Assembly (NCBI GenBank): GCA_963840935.1 | Contig: CAWJAS010000001.1 | Span: forward strand, 320,875-384,874 | Length of the DNA: 64,000 nt | From: Candidatus Magasanikiibacteriota bacterium | Lineage (GTDB): Bacteria; Patescibacteriota; Patescibacteriia; Magasanikbacterales; GWA2-37-8 | Reading direction: 5' to 3' | In this document: positions 18,975 to 29,393 of the stretch, in pieces | Numbering within the stretch: the first letter of the stretch is position 1 | Layout: every line of letters starts with the position of its first letter | Notes under the pieces: model-generated | Databases searched by the model: none | Told to the model about the DNA's origin: nothing | Seen by the model: the letters and a program-made list of their open reading frames with translations, nothing else | Made by a program: the position numbers and the translations under genes

Positions 18975-19976
18975 ATGAATTTAGCTATAAACGGGTTTGG
19001 CAGGATAGGCAGACAGGCCTTTAAAATTGCTTTTGGTCGCAAAGGCATTGATATTGTCGCTATCAATGATTTAACCGACCCAAAAACTCTGGCCCATTTA
19101 CTCAAATACGACACATCATACGACCTTTACGACAAAGAAGTTTCTTATGATGAAACGAATATTATTATTGACGGCGAAAAAATTCCTGTTTTTGCCATAA
19201 AAGACCCGGCGGAATTGCCTTGGAAAAAATTAAAAGTGGATGTTGTGCTTGAATGTACCGGTCGCTTTACCAAACTGGAAGACGCTGAATTACATCAGAA
19301 AGCCGGCGCGCGCAAAGTGATTTTGTCAGCCCCGGGCAAAGGTGGAGACATTCCCACGTATGTTCGCGGAGTGAATTGCGCCAAGGTTTTGAAAGAAGAA
19401 AAACAAGTAATAAATAATGCTTCATGCACCACCAATTGCATCGCGCCCGTTATGGCCGTTCTCGACGAAAATTTTGGTATTGAAAAAGCAATGATGACAA
19501 CAATACACGGCTACACGTCCGACCAAAATTTGCAGGATGGTCCGCATAAAGATTTGCGCCGAGCGCGCGCGGCCGCGGAAAATATTGTGCCGACAACGAC
19601 CGGTGCCGCCAAAGCGGTCGGTGAAGTGATTCCTAATCTGAAAGGAATTTTTGACGGATTGTCTATGCGAGTTCCCGTGCCAACAGTGTCACTCGCCGAC
19701 ATTACCGCTGTATTAAAGAAAAAAACCACCAAAGAAGAATTAAATCAGGCCTTGATTAATGCTTCAAAAACCGCTCGTTTTCATCATATTCTTTTGACCA
19801 CCGAAGAAGAACTGGTTTCATCCGATTTTGTTGGTAATCCGTATTCTTCAATTGTTGATTTGAAATTGACCAATGTGGTTGAAGGCGACTTGGTGAAAAT
19901 AATTGCTTGGTATGACAATGAAATGGGTTATTCATACCGCCTGGTGGAAATAGCCGAGATGTTTGGAAACGCATAA
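18975..19976 (+). CDS. gap: Glyceraldehyde-3-phosphate dehydrogenase, type I
   Basis: INGFGRIGR, NASCTTNC, WYDNE. Confidence 0.98.
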   Translation: MNLAINGFGRIGRQAFKIAFGRKGIDIVAINDLTDPKTLAHLLKYDTSYDLYDKEVSYDETNIIIDGEKIPVFAIKDPAELPWKKLKVDVVLECTGRFTKLEDAELHQKAGARKVILSAPGKGGDIPTYVRGVNCAKVLKEEKQVINNASCTTNCIAPVMAVLDENFGIEKAMMTTIHGYTSDQNLQDGPHKDLRRARAAAENIVPTTTGAAKAVGEVIPNLKGIFDGLSMRVPVPTVSLADITAVLKKKTTKEELNQALINASKTARFHHILLTTEEELVSSDFVGNPYSSIVDLKLTNVVEGDLVKIIAWYDNEMGYSYRLVEIAEMFGNA

Positions 19977-19992
19977 TTCTTGAAAACCCAAT

Positions 19993-20394
19993 ATGCAAAT
20001 AACAGATACGAAAAATAATATTAATAACACTGATATTAAAGTTAAAGTCGCTAATGAAATGCTTAAAGTTATAAAAGGCCAAGGCAGTAGCGTCCACCAG
20101 CTAAGCAATTCTTTTTGCGACGTTAGCGAAGCGGTTTGCGAGGTGATAGATATTTTAAAATCGCTAATTAAATTTCAATTATTTATAGCTTTCTTAGTTT
20201 GTATTTTGTGGTGGAAAATTTTTGCATTTAGTGCTCTAAATAAAATATTAGGAGATTTATTTATTTGGTGGAGCCAGTTATCTGAAAATTGGCAAATTGC
20301 AATTTTTATGTTAATTGGGTCAGTTCCGCTAGGTATAATTACGATTATTATCAGTAATTACATTAATAAAAAATTTGAAAAAAATAAAATATAA
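19993..20394 (+). CDS. AT-rich hypothetical membrane protein (two TM segments)
   Basis: ORF fills the gap-aspS interval; hydrophobic C-terminal half. Confidence 0.65.
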   Translation: MQITDTKNNINNTDIKVKVANEMLKVIKGQGSSVHQLSNSFCDVSEAVCEVIDILKSLIKFQLFIAFLVCILWWKIFAFSALNKILGDLFIWWSQLSENWQIAIFMLIGSVPLGIITIIISNYINKKFEKNKI

Positions 20395-20403
20395 AGGAAT
20401 ATT

Positions 20404-21795
20404 ATGTTGCGATTATTTTCTATTGAGGCAAATAAAAAAATCGGCGAAGAAGTGCTTTTGCAGGGTTGGGTCAACGCCCGTCGGAACATGGGTAAAATCG
20501 CTTTTTTGGATTTGCGCGACCGTGAAGGAATTGTTCAGGTGGTCGGAGTTCCGTCCGAGCTTGATGAATCTTCAAACGAAGAATTAAAACGCGCTCGTTT
20601 GGAATATTTGCTCGAAATTAGGGGAGTGGTGCAAGAACGCGGAGAAAAGCAAAAGAATCCGGATATGCCGACCGGCACAATAGAAATTCTGGCCAAAGAA
20701 ATAAAAATTATTTCCGCTTCCGAGCCGATGCCGTTTGAAGTGGATGGCGACACAAAAAACATCAACGAAGAGTTACGCCTCAAATATCGCTATTTGGATT
20801 TGCGTTCCGAGCGGATGAAAAATAATTTGAAAATGCGCCACCAGGTTAATTTGTTTTTGCGCAACTATTTGGCGGATAAAGGTTTTTGGGAAATTGAAAC
20901 TCCTGATTTGACCAAAGGCACACCCGAAGGCGCGCGTGAATTTTTGGTGCCGTCGCGCATTTATCCGGGTAATTTTTATGTTTTACCGCAATCGCCCCAG
21001 CAGTTCAAACAACTTTTGATGGTTGGCGGAGTGGAAAAATATTTTCAGATTGCCCGCTGTTTTCGTGATGAAGACCAGCGTGGAGACCGCCAGCCGGAAT
21101 TTACTCAACTTGATTTGGAAGTTTCCTTTTGGAGTCAAGAAGAAATAATAAACTTGCTCGAAGAAACAATGATTGAACTGGTGGAAAAACTTTACCCAAA
21201 TAAAAAAATTACCGCTCGTCCGTTCCCGCGTTTGACCTGGACCGAGTCAATGGAAAAATACAACACCGATAAACCTGATTTGCGCAAGGACAAAACAGAC
21301 AAAAACGAATTGGCTTTTGCCTGGATACTTGATTTTCCACTTTTTGAAAAAAGCGAATCAGAAAATCGTTTGGTCAGCGCGCACCATCCTTTTACTCGTC
21401 CGCTTGATGAAGATATGGCGCTTTTGGAAAATGAGCCCGAAAAAGTCCGCGCTTTTGCTTATGATTTGGCGCTTAATGGATTTGAAGTCGGTGGCGGAAG
21501 TTTGAGGATTTTTGACGCGATTTTGCAAAAAAAGATTTTTGAGATTTTGGGAGTGGGGGAAAGCGATATTCAGGAGCGTTTTGGCCATATGCTTGAAGCG
21601 TTTACTTATGGCGTTCCACCGCATGGCGGAATCGCTTTGGGCCTTGACCGACTGCTTGCCATTTTACAAGGCGAAGAAAACATCCGCGAAGTGATGGCTT
21701 TCCCCAAAACAGGCGATGCCCGCGATTTGATGATGGGCGCGCCGTCGCCAATGCCGGAATCAGCGCTGAAAGAAGCGAATATTAAATTGAAATAA
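20404..21795 (+). CDS. aspS: Aspartate-tRNA ligase, short bacterial type lacking the GAD insertion
   Basis: LRLKYRYLDLR, TPEGAREF, LPQSPQ, FRDEDQRGDRQPEF, PPHGGIALGLDRL. Confidence 0.95.
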   Translation: MLRLFSIEANKKIGEEVLLQGWVNARRNMGKIAFLDLRDREGIVQVVGVPSELDESSNEELKRARLEYLLEIRGVVQERGEKQKNPDMPTGTIEILAKEIKIISASEPMPFEVDGDTKNINEELRLKYRYLDLRSERMKNNLKMRHQVNLFLRNYLADKGFWEIETPDLTKGTPEGAREFLVPSRIYPGNFYVLPQSPQQFKQLLMVGGVEKYFQIARCFRDEDQRGDRQPEFTQLDLEVSFWSQEEIINLLEETMIELVEKLYPNKKITARPFPRLTWTESMEKYNTDKPDLRKDKTDKNELAFAWILDFPLFEKSESENRLVSAHHPFTRPLDEDMALLENEPEKVRAFAYDLALNGFEVGGGSLRIFDAILQKKIFEILGVGESDIQERFGHMLEAFTYGVPPHGGIALGLDRLLAILQGEENIREVMAFPKTGDARDLMMGAPSPMPESALKEANIKLK

Positions 21796-21810
21796 TTTTT
21801 AGTTTTTTTG

Positions 21811-21974
21811 ATTGGCGGGATGATATATGTTGAAGACAGTCGCGGAGACGAGCGCGTCCCAAAGGGATCCCTTCGGGACATGGTTCCGCCAAAGGCGGAG
21901 CGCGAGTTGAGCGTTAGGGCGGCGAACCGCTGGGTGAGCCGACCCGTGTCTGAAACATATGTCAGCCCGCCAAT
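21811..21974. mobile_element. 164-bp MITE-like or structured element with 28-bp imperfect terminal inverted repeats
   Basis: Arm 21811-21838 vs reverse complement of 21947-21974: 24/28 identical; GC-rich internal hairpins. Confidence 0.65.
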
Positions 21975-21989
21975 TATGCACCATTTTTC

Positions 21990-22679
21990 ATGAAAGAAAT
22001 TAAACTTGAACAATTCAGCGGACCGCTTGATCTTTTGCTTGCCTTGATTGAACAAGAGAAATTGAATATTGGCGACATCGCTCTTTCCAAAGTGACGGAA
22101 CAATATTTTGAGTATTTGAACAAACTGGAAGAACACCGTCCAGAGGAGCTGGCCGATTTTTTGGTTATTGCCACAAAGCTTGTTTATTTAAAATCCCGCA
22201 ATTTGTTACCACAACTGTCTCTTGAAGAAGAAGACGGCCCGTCACTCGCCGACCAGCTCAAAATGTATAAGCGCTACATTGAAGCCAGTCGCGATATTCA
22301 AAAATTGTGGGACAAAAATTTGGTGGCCTATGGCCGAGTGGAACCGCCGGTTAAGCCAGATGGTTTTGTTTTGCCGGCAAATGCCGGAACGGAGGATTTG
22401 TACTCGTTTTTTACCGGTTTATTAAAAAGATTGAAGCCTCTTTGCCCGTTGCCCAAAGTGAGTATTGACCGCGCGATTTCCGTAAAAGAAAAAATTGCCA
22501 ATATTTTTAATTTATTAAAAACAAGAAAAAAATTAAGTTTCATTCAGTTGCTGTCCGAGTCGGAAAACAAGACAGAGGTGATTATTTCTTTTTTGGCTAT
22601 TTTGGAGTTGATTAAATCAGGCGATGCTTCGGTCAGCCAAAAAAATACATTTTCCGATTTAGAAATATATAAAATTTAG
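21990..22679 (+). CDS. scpA: Segregation and condensation protein A
   Basis: FSGPLDLLLALIE, FLVIATKLVYLKSRNLLP, FLAILEL. Confidence 0.95.
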   Translation: MKEIKLEQFSGPLDLLLALIEQEKLNIGDIALSKVTEQYFEYLNKLEEHRPEELADFLVIATKLVYLKSRNLLPQLSLEEEDGPSLADQLKMYKRYIEASRDIQKLWDKNLVAYGRVEPPVKPDGFVLPANAGTEDLYSFFTGLLKRLKPLCPLPKVSIDRAISVKEKIANIFNLLKTRKKLSFIQLLSESENKTEVIISFLAILELIKSGDASVSQKNTFSDLEIYKI

Positions 22680-22680
22680 T

Positions 22681-23235
22681 ATGAGTTTAAATTCGCAAAT
22701 TGAATCCGTGCTTTTTGTGGCGTCAAAACCGATCCAGCACAAAAAAATCGCCAAATCTTTGAACGCCAAAGAAGACGAGGTTTTGGGTGCTTTGATGGAA
22801 TTATTTGAAAAATATAATCAACCTGATTCCGGAATTTCTCTTTTGAGAAACGGTGATGAATGGCAAATGGTTTCAAATCCGGAAAATAAAGAATCGGCCG
22901 AAAAGTATTTGAAAGCCGAAGTAAGCGGTGAGTTAACTCGACCACAACTCGAAACCTTAACGGTTATTTCTTATTGCGGACCGATTACCAAGCCGGAATT
23001 GGAACAGGTCAGGGGAGTTAATTGCGCTTTAATTTTGCGTAATTTATTGATGCGCGGGTTGATTAAAGAAAATGAAGATTCGGCAAATTTGCTTCCGACT
23101 TATGAAGTGTCGATGGATTATTTACGCCATCTTGGCATTAACACCGTTTTGGAACTTCCGGAATATGAAACTCTTCACAACCATGAATATATTTTAAAAA
23201 TACTTGGGAATAATCCCGAACAACCTACTGAATAA
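22681..23235 (+). CDS. scpB: Segregation and condensation protein B
   Basis: IESVLF, LETLTVISYCGPITKPELEQVRGVN. Confidence 0.95.
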   Translation: MSLNSQIESVLFVASKPIQHKKIAKSLNAKEDEVLGALMELFEKYNQPDSGISLLRNGDEWQMVSNPENKESAEKYLKAEVSGELTRPQLETLTVISYCGPITKPELEQVRGVNCALILRNLLMRGLIKENEDSANLLPTYEVSMDYLRHLGINTVLELPEYETLHNHEYILKILGNNPEQPTE

Positions 23236-23237
23236 AT

Positions 23238-24254
23238 ATGCCAAAAAAAGTTGTAGATTTTTTATTTTCTTTTGGGCTAATGATTATTGGCGTCAGTTTG
23301 CTTTTTGCTTTTACTATATCGATATATATCAAGCCAAATACAATCGGTCCAAGTTTTCCAAAATCAAATCCGCGCATGATGGCTGTGGGAGGGGATGTTT
23401 ATGTTTTGCCGGATGAATTGCCCAAACCAACAAATCCGTTGCCAAAAAATAACACGGAGATCTCCATTCCTTTAACCGCGGTTTCAGCCGTGGTCATGGA
23501 TGAACAAACTGAAAATATTTTATTTTCCAAAAATTCCGATGAAATTCGCTCTCTTGCCTCAATAACCAAACTAATGTCGGCAATGGTTTTAATGGATTTG
23601 CCAATTGTTTGGTCTTCAACCACCACTATTTTGGATATTGATTATGACGGTTCCAGCCACTTATTAACTCCGGGCGAAACTTATTCTTTGGATGATTTGT
23701 GGTCAGCCGGTTTAGTCGGTTCATCAAATTCCGCCATACGCGCGTTAGTCAGGAACAGCGGTTTGAGCGAAACGCAATTTGTTGAAAAAATGAATAAGAA
23801 AGCAAAATCTTTGGGTTTTGCCAGTCTGGTTTTTACCGACCCGACCGGCTTAAGTTCGGGGAATATGGGGAGTGTGCGTGAAACAGCTTTTATGCTCAAA
23901 GAAAGTTTGCGTTATGAAAAAATCGCTTCAGCTTTAAACATTGGTGAATTATATGTTCAAGCTTTAAATTCTTCAAAACCAAAAAGAATTTGGAGCACTA
24001 ACCGCTTACTTACCAGATGGACGCCCCATGATTTTGAATCAAAAAATATTGTCGGTAAAACCGGTTATATAATTAATTCTCGTTATAATTTTGTGGCAAA
24101 AATAGGAGATAACGCGAGTCATCAAATAATCGTGGCAATACTCGGCTCGGAATCAAACGAGTCCCGTTTTACCGAAGCCCGTGATTTGGCCGAAATTATT
24201 TTTGCAAAATTTTTATGGCCGGACCAGAACGGCTACTCTGAATTGGCAGAATAA
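23238..24254 (+). CDS. D-alanyl-D-alanine carboxypeptidase/endopeptidase (peptidase S11)
   Basis: SxxK (ASITKLM), SxN (SSN), KTG triad; N-terminal TM. Confidence 0.9.
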   Translation: MPKKVVDFLFSFGLMIIGVSLLFAFTISIYIKPNTIGPSFPKSNPRMMAVGGDVYVLPDELPKPTNPLPKNNTEISIPLTAVSAVVMDEQTENILFSKNSDEIRSLASITKLMSAMVLMDLPIVWSSTTTILDIDYDGSSHLLTPGETYSLDDLWSAGLVGSSNSAIRALVRNSGLSETQFVEKMNKKAKSLGFASLVFTDPTGLSSGNMGSVRETAFMLKESLRYEKIASALNIGELYVQALNSSKPKRIWSTNRLLTRWTPHDFESKNIVGKTGYIINSRYNFVAKIGDNASHQIIVAILGSESNESRFTEARDLAEIIFAKFLWPDQNGYSELAE

Positions 24255-24305
24255 AGTTTTATTAGCGTAAAAAATGTGCTATAATTATTCCACGCTATTG
24301 GCATT

Positions 24306-25511
24306 ATGAAAATAAAATCAATAAAAGAAATAAAAAATTTGGCCGGCAAAAAAGTTATTGTCAGGTCTGACTTTAACGTTGCTTTTTCCGGGGGTAAAAT
24401 TAAAGAAACATATAAAATAGAAAAAAGTTTTGCCACAATTAATTATTTGCGCGAGCGAGGGGCAAAAATAATTTTAATTTCTCATTTGGGCAGGCCCGAG
24501 GGATATAATAAGAAATTCAGTTTGAAGCCTGTCTTTAACTATATAAAGAAGGAGTTTAAAAACAATATTCATTTTGTTGACATAAGTGATAAAATTTTCA
24601 GTAATCAAAAGAAAATTGATAAGATTAAAAAAACCATTGATTCTCGGGAAAACGGCAGTATATTTTTACTCGAAAATGTTCGATTTATCAAAGGCGAAGA
24701 AAAAAATAAAAAAAGTATATCAAAAATTTTCTCCTCGTTTGGTGATTGTTTTGTGCTTGATGGATTTGCCGTGTCGCACAGGCCATCGTCCACGGTCATT
24801 GGCATCGCCGATTTTTTGCCGTCATATGCTGGGCTTTTGATGGAAGAAGAAGTAAAAGGATTGTCAAAGTTTTTGTCAAAACCAAAAAAACCCTTGGTAG
24901 TGGTAATCGGTGGTAATAAAATGGAAACAAAAATGCCAATGATGAAAAGATTGCTAGGGAAAGCCTCGCAGGTTTTGATTTGCGGGGGAATAGCCAATAC
25001 TTTTTTGATGGCAAAAAAGTATGATATCGGCGCCTCTATTTTTGATAAAAATGAAATTAAAACCGCCAAACAATATTTAAAAAATAAAAAAATTATCGTT
25101 CCGGTTGATTATGTTGTCGGTGACAAAGAAGGAAAAAAAGCGCATGTGGTTGAGATAGGAAAAAGCAAAAAAATAGCCGACGCCAAAACAGGAATTTATG
25201 ATATCGGACCGAAGACCGTTTCATTATTTGCCAAATATTTAAAAAAGGCGAATACATTGATTTGGAACGGGGCGGCCGGCATGTTTGAAGTTAACGCGTA
25301 CAGCTGGGGTAGCAAGTCCATCGCTCGGTTGTTTGCTTCTCAGGCAAAGGGCAAAGCTTTTGGCGCGACAGGTGGAGGTGAAACAGTGGAAATTATCAAT
25401 AAATTAAATTTAATGGATGAAATTGATTTAGTTTCTACCGGAGGCGGAGCGATGCTTTGTTTTTTGGGTGGCGAAAAATTACCGGGAGTATCAATAATAA
25501 CAAAAAAATAA
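24306..25511 (+). CDS. pgk: Phosphoglycerate kinase
   Basis: RSDFNV, SHLGRP, LLENVRF, DIGPKT, VSTGGGA. Confidence 0.95.
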   Translation: MKIKSIKEIKNLAGKKVIVRSDFNVAFSGGKIKETYKIEKSFATINYLRERGAKIILISHLGRPEGYNKKFSLKPVFNYIKKEFKNNIHFVDISDKIFSNQKKIDKIKKTIDSRENGSIFLLENVRFIKGEEKNKKSISKIFSSFGDCFVLDGFAVSHRPSSTVIGIADFLPSYAGLLMEEEVKGLSKFLSKPKKPLVVVIGGNKMETKMPMMKRLLGKASQVLICGGIANTFLMAKKYDIGASIFDKNEIKTAKQYLKNKKIIVPVDYVVGDKEGKKAHVVEIGKSKKIADAKTGIYDIGPKTVSLFAKYLKKANTLIWNGAAGMFEVNAYSWGSKSIARLFASQAKGKAFGATGGGETVEIINKLNLMDEIDLVSTGGGAMLCFLGGEKLPGVSIITKK

Positions 25512-25576
25512 TTTATTTAATTAATATTTATCATTAAATGTTATTCGAACGGATAACGTTTAAAGGAGGTTTGTAT

Positions 25577-26446
25577 ATGCCCATCATGAGCGCTTCGCGC
25601 CGTGAACCAGCAAAACCACAGCCAATGACCGGCGCAACACCAAAGCCCACTTGCCCTGTGTGTTGTTACACTGGTGAATTTGGTAAAAAAATAATATTAA
25701 CTTTAGTCGCTTTGACCTTGGTTTATTTTATTTTTTTCTTAGGTACGCTGATTTATAATAATTTGGAAAAACACGATTTCATCGGTCGGGCGGATAAAAT
25801 GGAACGAACGATTACTGTTAACGGATTCGGAGAAGTGAACGGTCAGAATAATATTGCCGTTACCACAATTGGTTATTCCAATACCGATAAAGAAGTGGCA
25901 AAAGCTCAAGCTGACAATAAAGAAGTAATGGATAAGGTAATGGCTGATTTGCAAAAAATGGGTGTTGAAGACAAGGATTTGCAATCAAATTATGTAATTT
26001 ATCCGGATTATAATTATTCGCCGGATAAGGGCCAAGAATTAATCGGTTATAAAGTTAGCAACAGTATTACCGTGAAGATTCGCGATTTGTCCAAAATTAA
26101 CGAGATACTCGGTTTGGCAGGCAAGTATGGCGCCACCGAAGTCGGGGGTTTAAGCTTTACGATTGATGACCCATCCAATTTGAAAGACGAAGCTCGTGAC
26201 AAAGCAATGCTTGACGCAAAAGTGAAGGCAATCGCTTTAGCTCAATCGCTTGGAGTTAAGTTGGGAGAGGTGATTAATTATAATGAATACGATAGTTCCA
26301 ATGATTATGTGTATACCAAATATTATGGCGTGGAAAGCGCCATGGGTATGGGTGGAGTTGGTGGAGGAAGCGCCCCGGATGTTATTTCTGGAGGCAGTAA
26401 AGATGTTTCCATGAATGTAAATATTACCTTTGAAATACTGCAATAG
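25577..26446 (+). CDS. SIMPL-domain (DUF541) protein
   Basis: TM then ITVNGFGEV, YVIYPDYNY, GYKVSNSITVKIRDL, ALAQSLGVKLG; SD AAGGAGG before ATG 25577. Confidence 0.9.
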   Translation: MPIMSASRREPAKPQPMTGATPKPTCPVCCYTGEFGKKIILTLVALTLVYFIFFLGTLIYNNLEKHDFIGRADKMERTITVNGFGEVNGQNNIAVTTIGYSNTDKEVAKAQADNKEVMDKVMADLQKMGVEDKDLQSNYVIYPDYNYSPDKGQELIGYKVSNSITVKIRDLSKINEILGLAGKYGATEVGGLSFTIDDPSNLKDEARDKAMLDAKVKAIALAQSLGVKLGEVINYNEYDSSNDYVYTKYYGVESAMGMGGVGGGSAPDVISGGSKDVSMNVNITFEILQ

Positions 26447-26555
26447 ATTGTAATTTAAAAAAGAGGCTCAAAAAGCCTCTTTTTTTGTTTTTTCAATTAT
26501 GGTACACTGATTAAGCGAAGTACATTAGTTTTTTGTCTTTTTATTATTAAAATCT

Positions 26556-27803
26556 ATGAAAATTAAGAAAATTCAAGCCATGGAAATCCTTGATTCGCGA
26601 GGGAATCCAACACTTGAAACCAGAGTGGTATTATCCAATGATTTGTTTGTTTCCGCCAAAGTTCCGTCCGGCGCTTCAACCGGCACAAATGAAGCGTGGG
26701 AATTGCGTGATGGAGGTTCGCGTTATCATGGCAAGGGGGTATTAAAAGCGGTTAAAAACGTGAACACAATTATTGCCAAAGCGATTGTCGGAATGGATAC
26801 TTCGGAATTAAAAAAAATTGACCAAAAAATGATAGTACTTGATGGAACAAAAAATAAATCAAAACTTGGGGCTAACGCCATGCTTTCGGTGTCGCTCGCG
26901 ATTGCCAAAGCCGGCGCATCAGCCGTGCGCATGCCTCTTTATAGGTATCTAAGAAAACTTTACAGCATCAAAGAAAAAAATTGGCGGATGCCAATGGCGA
27001 CAATGAACGTGCTTAACGGGGGACGGCATGCCGACAGCGGTCTTTCAATTCAGGAATTCATGATTATCCCACAGAATAAATTATTTAAAGAAAGAGTCAG
27101 AATCGGAGCGGAAATTTTTCATACTTTGGCTCAGTTGTTAAAAAAGAAAGGTTATACCACCGCGGTTGGAGACGAAGGGGGTTTTGCTCCTAAATTACCA
27201 AATAACGAGTCGGCAATAAAAATACTTTTGGAAGCGATAAAAAAGGCAGGGTATCAGGCGGGAAAAAATGTTTTTTTGGGCGTTGATGTCGCCGCTTCGG
27301 AATTTTATTCAGATGGAAAATATTATTTTGAAAAAAATAAAGCCGGATATGACTCAGGCAAAATGATTTCACTTTTATCCGGTTGGATAAAAAAATATCC
27401 GATATTATTTTTGGAAGACGGATTGAGTGAAAACGATTGGACCGGTTGGAAAGAAATGACTGTCGCACTCGGTAAAAATACGGTTTTGGTCGGAGACGAT
27501 ATTTTTGTTACCAATCCGGAAATATTTGCTCGAGGCATAAAAGAAGGAATTGGTAATTCTATTTTGATTAAAGTTAATCAAATCGGCACTTTATCGGAAA
27601 CAATGGAGACAATAAAAATGGCAAAACAAAATAATTATCGTGTTTGTGTGTCGCACAGAAGCGGGGAAACAAGCGATACGTTTATTTCCGATTTGGCGGT
27701 AGCCGTTAATTCGGATTTTATAAAAACAGGTTCTCTTTCACGCTCGGACAGAGTAGAAAAATATAATCGTTTAATGGAAATAGAAACAGAATTAGGGTCG
27801 TAA
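26556..27803 (+). CDS. eno: Enolase
   Basis: EILDSRGNPT, VPSGASTG, GDEGGFAP, SHRSGET. Confidence 0.98.
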   Translation: MKIKKIQAMEILDSRGNPTLETRVVLSNDLFVSAKVPSGASTGTNEAWELRDGGSRYHGKGVLKAVKNVNTIIAKAIVGMDTSELKKIDQKMIVLDGTKNKSKLGANAMLSVSLAIAKAGASAVRMPLYRYLRKLYSIKEKNWRMPMATMNVLNGGRHADSGLSIQEFMIIPQNKLFKERVRIGAEIFHTLAQLLKKKGYTTAVGDEGGFAPKLPNNESAIKILLEAIKKAGYQAGKNVFLGVDVAASEFYSDGKYYFEKNKAGYDSGKMISLLSGWIKKYPILFLEDGLSENDWTGWKEMTVALGKNTVLVGDDIFVTNPEIFARGIKEGIGNSILIKVNQIGTLSETMETIKMAKQNNYRVCVSHRSGETSDTFISDLAVAVNSDFIKTGSLSRSDRVEKYNRLMEIETELGS

Positions 27804-27809
27804 TATTAT

Positions 27810-29384
27810 ATGGCAAAAGAAAAATTAAAACCATTAGTACTTGCCATTATGGATGGCTGGGGGATAGCTGAGCCATCGGAAAAAGGCAACCCAATAACGC
27901 CAAAAAATGCGCCGAATTATTTTGGTTGGCTAAAAAAATATCCCTCAACAAAAATTTGCGCCAGTGGCCTTGCTGTCGGTTTGGTAAAAGACGAGGACGG
28001 GAATTCCGAAGCCGGTCATTTTAATTTGGGTGCCGGGCGAGTGGTAAAGCAAGATAAAATATATATTAATCAGGCGATTGGCGATGGAACATTCTTTAAA
28101 AATAACGCTTTTTGTCAGGCGATTCATCATCTAAAAAAATACAAAACCAAAGCTCATGTTATGGGATTATTGTCTAATCACAACAGTGCCCATTCTTCTC
28201 CGGAGCATCTTTATGCTGTTTTGGAAATGCTTCGTCAAAATAATGTCAAAAATATATACATGCATTTATTCACTGATGGTCGGGATTCCGGTCAGCATGA
28301 CGCTTTGCACCATTTAAAAAAATTACGTGAATACATGAAAAATGGAGAAAAGATTGCCACTATCATGGGCAGGTTCTATGCGATGGACCGTGGCAAGAAT
28401 TGGGACAGAATTAAACTGGCTTATGAAGCAATGGTAACCGGTAAAGGTGTTCGTGAGACTGCAAAGAGTGCCGAAGAAGCAATTGCCCAAGCATACAACA
28501 GTGATGAAACCGACGAGTTTATCAGCCCAACAGTTATTATGGAAAATGATAAGCCAATGGCCACAATCAAAGATAATGACATTATTTTCTTTTTTAACAT
28601 GCGCAGTGACCGCGCAAGAGAAATAACCAAAACATTTGTCCAAAAAGATTTTGAAAAAATGAACCATGGGATTTTTAAAAGGAAAATTGTTCCAAAAAAT
28701 ATCCGTTTTGTCGCCTTGACTGATTTTGGTCCTGATTTGCCGGGCGTTCTGACCGCCTTTCCCGGACGAGAAATAAAAAACAGTTTGCCGGAAGTTCTTT
28801 GCGCATCGCTTCGCCAGCAATTATACATTGCCGAAACGGAAAAATTTGCCCATGTGACTTATTTTTTTAATGGTGGTAAGGCCTCTCATTTTTGCGATGA
28901 AGAATGGGTGAAGATTCCATCGGTTGATACGGACAACTATTGCAAAAAACCGGCTATGAGCGCAAAAAAAATTACTGATCACATTTTAAAAGAGATAGAT
29001 AAAAATAAATATGAATTTATTTGCGTTAATTATGCAAATCCTGATATGGTAGCACACTCGGGTGATTTTAAAGCAACATTAATTGCGGTTAAGACCGTCG
29101 ATAAAGAAGTGGAAAGACTTGTAAAAGCTATAATAAAAAAAGATGGTCAAATTTTAATTACCGCCGATCACGGTAATGCCGAAGAATTAATAAATCCCGT
29201 GACCGGAGAAATTGATACCGAGCATTCGTCTAATCCGGTACCGTTTATCGTAGTTGGAAAAGAATTTTTAAACAAAAAAATTAAATTTTTAAAAAAAGGA
29301 AAACTTGCCGATGTGGCCCCGACAATTCTTAAAATGTTACAAATTGAAAAACCAAAAGAGATGACGGGCAAACCTTTATTTTAA
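27810..29384 (+). CDS. gpmI: 2,3-bisphosphoglycerate-independent phosphoglycerate mutase, copy 1
   Basis: MDGWG, GNSEAGH, TDGRD, GRFYAMDR, AETEKFAHVT, NPDMVAH, TADHGN. Confidence 0.93.
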   Translation: MAKEKLKPLVLAIMDGWGIAEPSEKGNPITPKNAPNYFGWLKKYPSTKICASGLAVGLVKDEDGNSEAGHFNLGAGRVVKQDKIYINQAIGDGTFFKNNAFCQAIHHLKKYKTKAHVMGLLSNHNSAHSSPEHLYAVLEMLRQNNVKNIYMHLFTDGRDSGQHDALHHLKKLREYMKNGEKIATIMGRFYAMDRGKNWDRIKLAYEAMVTGKGVRETAKSAEEAIAQAYNSDETDEFISPTVIMENDKPMATIKDNDIIFFFNMRSDRAREITKTFVQKDFEKMNHGIFKRKIVPKNIRFVALTDFGPDLPGVLTAFPGREIKNSLPEVLCASLRQQLYIAETEKFAHVTYFFNGGKASHFCDEEWVKIPSVDTDNYCKKPAMSAKKITDHILKEIDKNKYEFICVNYANPDMVAHSGDFKATLIAVKTVDKEVERLVKAIIKKDGQILITADHGNAEELINPVTGEIDTEHSSNPVPFIVVGKEFLNKKIKFLKKGKLADVAPTILKMLQIEKPKEMTGKPLF

Positions 29385-29393
29385 TAAAATATT

